Assembly: GCA_041641305.1 (NCBI GenBank)
Contig: JBEPYN010000001.1
Span: 353,660 to 377,659, forward strand
Direction of reading: 5' to 3'
DNA from: Nitrososphaerota archaeon
GTDB taxonomy: Archaea > Thermoproteota > Nitrososphaeria_A > Caldarchaeales > Caldarchaeaceae
DNA: 24,000 nt
Made by a program: the position numbers and the translations under genes. A model generated the notes under the pieces. That model ran no database searches. It was not told the DNA's origin and saw only the letters and a program-made list of their open reading frames with translations. Of the stretch, positions 6,006 to 12,657 are shown piece after piece (the stretch's first letter is position 1; each line of letters begins with the position of its first letter).

Positions 6006-6590
6006 ATGACTTCTGTCAAGGGTGTTGAAAAACCGCTCGATGTCCTCGACCTGTTCATGGAAAGGTTTAGGATGCTCGGCGGATACGCGGCTTTAGCAGA
6101 CAACCCTGAAACAGCCGCCGCAGTCGCTGCAGATTTTCTTAAACAACATGGGTCAAGGACTGTTTTCATCTCGAAGCTGCCGAAGGAGGTCATGCAACTG
6201 CTCGAGAAAAAGTTGGAGGAAATGGGCATCCAGATCTACACACATGAATCATCCAAGGACCCTGTCGCAGTAGTGAAAATGGTCGATGCAGGTATCTCCA
6301 CGGCCGCGGCAGCGGTGGCTGAGACGGGGACATTCGTCGAGGTTGCCTTTGATGATGTTGAGCGACTAGTCTCGAGCTTCCCCAAAACCTATGTATGCTT
6401 TATCAACGGCTCCTCAGTAGTCAAGTCTGTATACATGACTGCTGGTCTTCTCCGCTCAGCTATGGAAAAGGATAGAGTTGCTGTGACGTTTATCTCGGGC
6501 CCGAGCAGGTCGGGTGATATTGAGCAGAGACTGGTTCTGGGCATTCACGGACCTCATCACGTGTTGGCGGTGGTGTGCGGCTGGCTTTGA
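6006..6590 (+). CDS. lutC: LutC/YkgG-family LUD-domain protein
   Basis: GISTAAAAVAETGTFV and FISGPSRSGDIEQRLVLGIHGP match LutC hallmarks. The ATG at 6006 is preferred over the TTG at 5991 because of TATA spacing. Confidence 0.8.
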   Translation: MTSVKGVEKPLDVLDLFMERFRMLGGYAALADNPETAAAVAADFLKQHGSRTVFISKLPKEVMQLLEKKLEEMGIQIYTHESSKDPVAVVKMVDAGISTAAAAVAETGTFVEVAFDDVERLVSSFPKTYVCFINGSSVVKSVYMTAGLLRSAMEKDRVAVTFISGPSRSGDIEQRLVLGIHGPHHVLAVVCGWL

Positions 6591-8713
6591 AAAACGCTTC
6601 CGAACTCCATCGTATTCTCTCTGGGAAGGTGGCAGCCGTCCTTCCGAGAAGCGAATGGAGAAGGTATCTACGGGAGGCTCTTTTCAGGACACTTGATAAA
6701 AGGAGAGAAGCTATACAGATTATGGCCCCCGACTTTGAAAAGTTTAGGAACGACGCGCGGATGGCGAAAGCGCATGCTGTGGAGAAGCTCGACAAGCTTC
6801 TGCAATTGTTCATCCAAAACTGCGAGAAAAAGGGGGTGAAGGTCTATGTCGCTAAAGATGCGGAGCAGGCGTGCCATTTCGTCTACCGCATAGCTATGGA
6901 GAAGAACGCGCGGCTAATCACGAAGAGCAAGTCGATGACCACTGAGGAGATTGGGCTTAACCAGTTTCTCGAGAAGCAAGGGCTCAGGGTTGTTGACACA
7001 GATTTGGGGGAGCTGATTGTCCAGCTCGCGGGAGAAAGGCCCTTCCATCTCGTCTACCCCGCTGTCCACAAAACACGCCAAGATGTTGCAAAACTCTTCA
7101 GCCAAGAAGCAGGCAGAATGCTGAGCGACGACATCAGCGAGTTGATGAACTTCGCCCGCGAATATTTGAGAGAAAAGTTTCTCACAGCCGATTTAGCAAT
7201 AACAGGAGTAAACATAGCTATTGCGGAGACAGGCACCGTAGTTGTTGAGACAAACGAAGGAAACGATAGACTGGGCAACATCCCTGCCAAAACATACATA
7301 GCCGTCATGGGTATGGAGAAACTGGTCGAAAAAATTGAGGACGCGCTCAAGCTCATAGTCGCACATCCTGTAAGCTCAACAGGCCAGTGGCTCACAAACT
7401 ACGTCTCATTCCTCACCGGGCGAACACCGTTAGCGGACAGCCTTGAAGACCGTGAGATGCACGTCGTCATAATCGATAACGGACGCTCGGCGATGCGCGA
7501 TGACCCCGTTTTCCGCGAAGCACTCTACTGCATAAGATGCGGAGCATGTATGAATATCTGCCCCACATTCTCATCTCTCGGCGGACACGTTTTCGGACAC
7601 ATCTACACAGGCCCCATAGGAATTCCTTGGACAGCCTTTGTACACGGCCTCGAGAAAGCCGCGGAATTCGCCCCACTATGCATTTCCTGCGGACTATGTA
7701 GAGAAATCTGTCCAACGATAATCGACATGCCCTACATGATTGCCGAGGTAAAGCACCGCTACATACGCGAGGGTGGACAACTCTTCGTCAACAAGGTCGT
7801 CGAAAGCTATGAAACAGCCTACAGAATAGGCTCCAAGTTTCCAAGGCTCTTCAACCGCCTAATCTCCTCCTCTACAGTTCGCGCCTTGATGGAAAAGTTT
7901 CTGGGGATAGAGCGTAGAAGAACGCTGCCGGAGATCGCCGCCCGACCTCTAGACAAACTTCTAAATGGAAAAGTTGTCGACAACGGTGCCGATGCCGTGT
8001 TTTTCGCGGACTTTTTCGCGAGATATCTGAGACCTGACATCGGGGCGAAGGCTGTAGAGGCCCTTAAAGCAGCGGGCTACAGGGTTTCGTTTCCACCTCA
8101 GCGCTCAAGCGGATATCCATACTTCGCCTACGGAGACCTCGACAAAGCACGGAAACACGCCGAATTCAACGTCCGAAGCCTATCCAAAGCACTCGGAGAC
8201 GATGCAGTAATCGTCTCCATAGAGCCGACGGCAACCTACACCCTAAAACATCTCTACCCTAAGCTACTGAACCACGTCGCGGAGGCAGAGAAAGTCGCCG
8301 ATGCAACCATCTCCCTAACCATGTTGCTACACAACCTTGTTGAAGACGGTAAACTGGAGTCAAAAGCCATGATAGAGGGCCGTGCGGCGGTCCACGTTCC
8401 ATGCCATGAGCGAGCATTCAACTCATGCCGCGAAGTCGTAGCACTTCTAAACACGGCCGGAATAGATGCAACAGTCGTCGAGACGGGAACATGCTGCGGC
8501 ATGGCTGGCACATTCGGCATGAAGCATGGCGTACTTGGGTATGATCTATCCAACGCTGTGGGAGAGGAGCTTTTCAGCAGGATGAGAGCAAGCGGCTGCA
8601 GCTACGTCGTCTCCACAAGCAGCGTCTGCAAAATACACATCAACGACGCAACGTCTCTCCCAGTCTACCACCCTCTCGAAACTCTCGAATTCACCGCCCA
8701 GCATACGCGATAA
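6575..8713 (+). CDS. lutB: LutB-like iron-sulfur protein (LUD domain plus two 4Fe-4S ferredoxin motifs) fused to a LutA/GlcF/HdrD-like CCG module
   Basis: KSKSMTTEEIGLNQFLE, DTDLGELIVQ and IAETGTVVVETNEGN form the LUD part. CIRCGACMNICP (7529-7564) and CISCGLCREICP (7679-7714) are the ferredoxin motifs. The C-terminal region has one degenerate and one canonical CCG motif (TCCGMAG). GTG start overlaps lutC by 16 nt. Confidence 0.85.
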   Translation: MRLALKNASELHRILSGKVAAVLPRSEWRRYLREALFRTLDKRREAIQIMAPDFEKFRNDARMAKAHAVEKLDKLLQLFIQNCEKKGVKVYVAKDAEQACHFVYRIAMEKNARLITKSKSMTTEEIGLNQFLEKQGLRVVDTDLGELIVQLAGERPFHLVYPAVHKTRQDVAKLFSQEAGRMLSDDISELMNFAREYLREKFLTADLAITGVNIAIAETGTVVVETNEGNDRLGNIPAKTYIAVMGMEKLVEKIEDALKLIVAHPVSSTGQWLTNYVSFLTGRTPLADSLEDREMHVVIIDNGRSAMRDDPVFREALYCIRCGACMNICPTFSSLGGHVFGHIYTGPIGIPWTAFVHGLEKAAEFAPLCISCGLCREICPTIIDMPYMIAEVKHRYIREGGQLFVNKVVESYETAYRIGSKFPRLFNRLISSSTVRALMEKFLGIERRRTLPEIAARPLDKLLNGKVVDNGADAVFFADFFARYLRPDIGAKAVEALKAAGYRVSFPPQRSSGYPYFAYGDLDKARKHAEFNVRSLSKALGDDAVIVSIEPTATYTLKHLYPKLLNHVAEAEKVADATISLTMLLHNLVEDGKLESKAMIEGRAAVHVPCHERAFNSCREVVALLNTAGIDATVVETGTCCGMAGTFGMKHGVLGYDLSNAVGEELFSRMRASGCSYVVSTSSVCKIHINDATSLPVYHPLETLEFTAQHTR

Positions 8714-9077
8714 AGTCAATCTCCACCAAAAACTCTTTCCTAGGAAAATGAGCCACTACAGTTGTTCGAGCCGGAGGGCTCTTTGAAAAATATTGGCTGT
8801 AGACTTCGTTCATCGCCGCAAAGTCATCGGGGTTTCCCAGATACACCGTCGCCTTTACCACGTGTTCTAAAGACAGGCCGGCTGCCTCGAGAATAGCCTT
8901 CGCGTTCTCGATCACCCGCCTAGTCTGAGACCTGATGTCTGTATCCTCAACTTTTCCGGTCGCAGGGTTTAGCGCAATCATTCCCGAGAGAAAAAGAAAA
9001 TCGCCAACGCGAACAGCCTGCGAGTATGGGCCTATCGGCTTAGGAGCCTTCTCCGTGAAAATGATACCCTTTTGCAT
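8691..9077 (-). CDS. ridA: RidA/YjgF/TdcF-family reactive-intermediate deaminase
   Basis: APKPIGPYSQAV, FLSGMIALNPATG, NAKAILEAAG, ATVYL and PARTTV motifs. The ATG at 9077 (MQKGIIF) is preferred; a TATA-like TTAAATGA lies 21-28 nt upstream. Confidence 0.85.
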   Translation of the reverse strand: MQKGIIFTEKAPKPIGPYSQAVRVGDFLFLSGMIALNPATGKVEDTDIRSQTRRVIENAKAILEAAGLSLEHVVKATVYLGNPDDFAAMNEVYSQYFSKSPPARTTVVAHFPRKEFLVEIDFIAYAGR

Positions 9078-9113
9078 GGACGGTGACATACTGCACCTCA
9101 TTTAAGCTTTGCA

Positions 9114-9422
9114 TCATCTGGACCGTAAAGCATATGTTACCAGTCCAAGTGCTACGCCGATGATGAACCCGAGGGCAGAGTAGTTGTTTGATGCTAGTAG
9201 GGAGGCTAGTAGGTTAATGCCGTTGAAGAACGCGGCGATCACCTGCTCAGATGAAATCGGTGAGCTAACACCTGCGAGTGATACGATAAATGGCAGCAAA
9301 ACAGCCAAAACCACAACCACGATCAACACTTTCCAGAACCGCATCAACGCGAGCCCTGCTCCAAACCCTATGAAGAACCAAATAACCGCGAGAACAGTCG
9401 ACTGATCTATCTGCAGGTTCAT
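9114..9422 (-). CDS. small hydrophobic membrane protein (about three TM segments), unknown function
   Basis: Hydrophobic profile only. The ATG at 9422 is preferred over the GTG at 9440 because the TATA element lies 25-32 nt upstream of 9422. Confidence 0.55.
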   Translation of the reverse strand: MNLQIDQSTVLAVIWFFIGFGAGLALMRFWKVLIVVVVLAVLLPFIVSLAGVSSPISSEQVIAAFFNGINLLASLLASNNYSALGFIIGVALGLVTYALRSR

Positions 9423-9447
9423 CAAACTAATTTTCCCCACATCAGCC

Positions 9448-9461
9448 TATATACTTTTTAT
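9448..9461. promoter_or_regulatory. A/T-rich element (TATATACTTTTTAT) placed to serve both divergent genes
   Basis: Lies 24-37 nt upstream of the ATG at 9485 (+). Its GTATATAG complement lies 25-32 nt upstream of the ATG at 9422 (-). Confidence 0.45.
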
Positions 9462-9484
9462 CCACGGCATAGAAAGAACGTCAG

Positions 9485-9892
9485 ATGTCGTTCGTGGACG
9501 ACTGGCTGGCGGAGACGATGAGACACGTCAACGACTCTCTACCCCGCCGAGCCGCGAAGCTTTCATCGCTGCTGGAGATGGAGAAGCCATATGTTGAAAC
9601 AGTTGGAGGAGGACGACACTACTTCGACAAAAGAGAGCTTGGAGAACTTTGGAGAAAACTGCCCCGGGAAGTCTCCGAAAACCTCTACCTGCCAATCGTA
9701 TTCGCGAAAAACCTCGAGATGGGTGAGAACACATACATAGTAAGGGCCAGGGGCTCGGAGGCGGAGGCGTTCCGCATACTCATGGGCCTCAGAGAGCTCC
9801 CCACAGTCGACGGCCAGCCCTACACCTACAAACCCCTCGTCGCAGAATTCATCAACAGATACCCAACCCTCGCAGTAATGGGATACATATAA
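9485..9892 (+). CDS. UPF0216/DUF61-family archaeal protein
   Basis: The pattern LPRR..KLSSLLEMEKPYV...GGRHYFDKREL...LYLPIVF...YIVRA resembles my recollection of the DUF61 consensus (LPR.RK.L.ELLEE..P.V..DGS.HYF...EL...LPIV). Not verified by search. Confidence 0.6.
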   Translation: MSFVDDWLAETMRHVNDSLPRRAAKLSSLLEMEKPYVETVGGGRHYFDKRELGELWRKLPREVSENLYLPIVFAKNLEMGENTYIVRARGSEAEAFRILMGLRELPTVDGQPYTYKPLVAEFINRYPTLAVMGYI

Positions 9893-9938
9893 GCGACGTC
9901 TCCAAAGCAAGCTGATGAACAACGAAGACGCTGCGAAA

Positions 9939-10013
9939 CGGGCCCGGTGGGACTTGAACCCACGACCCCCGACTTAGAAGGCCGGTGCGCTATCCATTCT
10001 GCGCCACGGGCCC
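9939..10013 (-). tRNA. tRNA-Arg (anticodon UCU), no encoded CCA
   Basis: Hand-folded on the minus strand. Acceptor GGGCCCG/CGGGCCC, D stem GCGC/GCGC, anticodon stem CCGGC/GTCGG with loop CTTCTAA (TCT is the complement of 9976-9978), T arm GTGGG-TTCAAGT-CCCAC, discriminator G. Confidence 0.93.
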
Positions 10014-10070
10014 ACGGTAAAAAACTAAACCGACACCTAATAAACATCGACTTCGCCACATTTGTTGAGC

Positions 10071-11501
10071 TTATTTTGTTCGTAGCCTGGGGTTTACTAC
10101 TGGCTCCATACCCAGAGCTATGAGAACGAATCCGACAGCCGTAGAGACGATGAGCAAACCGGGTGGGAGAATCCACCACCAATACCCGAGGTAGATTGCG
10201 TTGTTTCTGAACCCCATTTCAAGAATTTGCCCCCATGTTGGTAGTGAGGGGTCTCCTAAACCAAGGAAACTTAGCGCTGCCTCAAGTAGAATGAAGTTTG
10301 GAACGAAGAAGATCATCTGAGCTATTATGAAAGGCGCTACCTGTGGAAATATGTGTAAGAAAACTAGTCTATAAACTGAGCTTCCAAGGACTCTGGCCAC
10401 TTCTACAAACTGGGATTCCCTAATTTGCAGAACCAAAGACCTAACTACTATGGTTAGTCCAGGCCATCCAAAAACGATAAGCACCAAGATAATGTTGTTG
10501 ATTGACGTTCCCAAGATAAAAATGAGGAAAATAGAAAGTGGCAGAAGTGGGATGTTATTTACTATGTCTGCTGTCCTTTGAATTATCTCGTCGACCCGTC
10601 CTCCTAGATAACCGCTCAAAACTCCAAGTATCGCTCCAATAACTGTTACGATGATTGAAGTCACAATGCCTACGAAGAGTGATGTTGGAAAGCCGAGGAT
10701 AAGTCCAACGGCAAGGTCGCGTCCAATTATGTCTGTGCCCATTAATCCATAAACGGTTCCGCCCAAGACAAGAGCCATTTTAGAGAACGAGTCTCTTTCG
10801 TCGAATACTCTTGCAGTGATCTGGAACTCGTAAACGCCTTTCAGAACATCGGTATCGCCGTTATCTGAAATTTTCCCGAAAAGGTATCTCTGCACACCGA
10901 TGGATCCCAATTGATCGGGTGAAATATCTAAACCATATCTTTCTCTTAGAAATATTGATGTCGCACGCCAGACTGAAGGCTCTGCATCCAGCTTAACTCT
11001 GAATGGAGAAGTGTCATACCTGATGTAGGGCGGGGTTTCATTAGGTCTTGCAGGTGGAGGAATTACGGTTAGCAGGTCAATTCTATATCCGTCGGGTCGT
11101 ATGAGCGACACTGTTATGACCGGGTTTAAGCGCCAGTAGCTCAGCTTTTCTATTCTGAGAAGGATGAATGTGGGGAACTCGTCCGCTGTGTATCTGTAAC
11201 GAAGGGACCACCGTAGAATTCTCTCGTTTCCAACTGCTTCAACCCGTGGTTCACCAGTTTCCAAAATCGTGTTTTCCAGACGGTTAAATCCTGTAAATAT
11301 GGCGGTCCAGCCTGGAGGCGCGTTTTTTGGGTATTCTTCCCAAGCTGCCGGGTTGTTCCAAACAAACCTTGTGTAATCAGGGGTATAAACCACAACTACA
11401 TAAATGGATGCTACGGCGAAAACCACGAGCATGGCGACACCGATTTTGGATTTTTTATATGACCAGAATACTCTGAAGGATTCTGCTGGTGAGAGAGCCA
11501 T
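10071..11501 (-). CDS. peptide/oligopeptide-type ABC transporter permease (OppC/DppC-like) with a roughly 220-aa extracytoplasmic loop after TM1
   Basis: EAA-type motif VEVARVLGSSVYRLVFLHIFPQVAP and multiple TM helices. The ATG immediately follows the stop of the upstream permease gene (TAAATG). Confidence 0.85.
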   Translation of the reverse strand: MALSPAESFRVFWSYKKSKIGVAMLVVFAVASIYVVVVYTPDYTRFVWNNPAAWEEYPKNAPPGWTAIFTGFNRLENTILETGEPRVEAVGNERILRWSLRYRYTADEFPTFILLRIEKLSYWRLNPVITVSLIRPDGYRIDLLTVIPPPARPNETPPYIRYDTSPFRVKLDAEPSVWRATSIFLRERYGLDISPDQLGSIGVQRYLFGKISDNGDTDVLKGVYEFQITARVFDERDSFSKMALVLGGTVYGLMGTDIIGRDLAVGLILGFPTSLFVGIVTSIIVTVIGAILGVLSGYLGGRVDEIIQRTADIVNNIPLLPLSIFLIFILGTSINNIILVLIVFGWPGLTIVVRSLVLQIRESQFVEVARVLGSSVYRLVFLHIFPQVAPFIIAQMIFFVPNFILLEAALSFLGLGDPSLPTWGQILEMGFRNNAIYLGYWWWILPPGLLIVSTAVGFVLIALGMEPVVNPRLRTK

Positions 11502-12548
11502 TTAGATTCGAACCCTCGGGTCGAGCAAAACGTAGAGGATTTCCAGAACGAACCTTGCCGCGACGTACACAAGCGTGAAAATGTATGTCAGCCCTAGTAT
11601 GAGGGCCTCGTCTGATGTGGTGATGGCTTGATAGAATAGGGAGCCTAGACCTGGCCAGGAAAAAACTGTCTCGGTAAGTATTGCTCCACCGATTGAACCC
11701 GCTAGGGCGAGAATAATGTTTGTTAAGATTGGTGGAGCAGACACGCGCATCACATATCTTCTTCTGACGACGTTTTCGGGGAGTCCCCGGGCCTTGGCAG
11801 CCGTTACAAAGTCTTCCTGTGACACGTTGATGACGAGTGTTCTAGTAACGTAAATGCTTACCCCTACGTTTGCCAATACCAATACAGTGATTGGTAATGC
11901 CGCGTGCCATAGTAGGTCAAGAAACTTTCCGATTTCTGATTCGGGTGGAGGTGTACTGAACATTCCTCCAAATGGGAAGAGCCTAATATAGAATGCGAAA
12001 ACGAGAATAAAAAGAATACCAACCCACCATGTTGGAAGTGCATATGATATTGCCGAGAAATATGAGAATGATTGGTCTGTTTTGGAGCCAATTTTCATCG
12101 CAAGCCTCGGCCCGACCAGTAATCCGATCAACGAGTTGATGAGTATTGCTGTCGTGACTAAGAGAACTGTGTTAGGAATTCTCTCAACGATTATATCTGA
12201 GACTTTTTTGCTTCCGCTGAAGCTCTGTAGGTTTTTGGCGTTTCCGAGGTCGAGAAATATGATTCTCAAAACCATGCTACCCAACCTCGTGTACCACGGC
12301 TGATCAAGTCCATAGCTTTTGATGAGTTGTTGCTCATATTCGGTAACGGCTTTGTTTAGAGCCTCGGGGTCCGTAACCTGTCGTGTAATGCTTTGACGAA
12401 ATGCTCGCACTTCTTCGTTGATTATTGCTCTTAACAGTTTATCCGAGACACCTGTTGCGCCGATTAAGGCCGCGGTGAAGAAGAGAACTCCGAATAAAAC
12501 AAGGGTTAAAGTTACTGCTTTGATAGCGAGAGACCTCTCCAGCCCCAT
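11502..12548 (-). CDS. peptide/oligopeptide-type ABC transporter permease (OppB/DppB-like)
   Basis: AAKARGLPENVVRRRYVMRVSAPPILT EAA motif, six hydrophobic segments, and the C-terminal LDPRVR ending typical of this family. Confidence 0.85.
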   Translation of the reverse strand: MGLERSLAIKAVTLTLVLFGVLFFTAALIGATGVSDKLLRAIINEEVRAFRQSITRQVTDPEALNKAVTEYEQQLIKSYGLDQPWYTRLGSMVLRIIFLDLGNAKNLQSFSGSKKVSDIIVERIPNTVLLVTTAILINSLIGLLVGPRLAMKIGSKTDQSFSYFSAISYALPTWWVGILFILVFAFYIRLFPFGGMFSTPPPESEIGKFLDLLWHAALPITVLVLANVGVSIYVTRTLVINVSQEDFVTAAKARGLPENVVRRRYVMRVSAPPILTNIILALAGSIGGAILTETVFSWPGLGSLFYQAITTSDEALILGLTYIFTLVYVAARFVLEILYVLLDPRVRI

Positions 12549-12626
12549 GTACTGTTTACAGTTAAGTGTTCTGGAATATTAAGCATTTTTGGACAGACCG
12601 GGCATAACTTACAGTGTTGTGAAAAA

Positions 12627-12634
12627 ATATAATT
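12627..12634 (+). promoter_or_regulatory. TATA-like box (ATATAATT) for the binding-protein gene
   Basis: Lies 24-31 nt upstream of the GTG at 12658. Confidence 0.45.
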
Positions 12635-12657
12635 ACCCCTTTGTCAGTTCATATAAC

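Noticed and set aside
9161-9250. ATGATGA on the plus strand inside the small membrane-protein gene, considered as a C box
   Set aside because: No CTGA D box lies within 40-70 nt downstream, and the site is inside a CDS on the opposite strand.
9893-9938. C-box-like CTGATGA (9911-9917) and an imperfect stem (9893-9901 with 9926-9934) between the UPF0216 stop and tRNA-Arg, considered as a C/D-box or H/ACA sRNA
   Set aside because: There is no D box (CTGA) or C'/D' set at suitable spacing. The segment is too short for an H/ACA guide, and the stem has a mismatch and a 24-nt loop. It may just be 3' UTR.
4007-10013. tRNA-His or tRNA-Arg as integration sites of a mobile element
   Set aside because: There is no integrase or recombinase gene and no direct repeat of either tRNA's 3' or 5' part that I could find by eye. 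The only similar string, TCTCGCCCTCTCGGCC (872-887), is inside trxB and carries a 2-nt insertion. The AT-shifted opp locus lies on the 5' side of tRNA-Arg, not the usual 3' side.
12589-12657. N-terminal extensions proposed by the ORF track (12589 for the SBP; also 1474, 2970, 5991, 9101, 16329 and 20225)
   Set aside because: These extensions run through promoter-like A/T boxes or the preceding gene and add non-family sequence before clear N-terminal motifs or signal peptides. Internal starts fit the TATA spacing or the stop/start overlaps.
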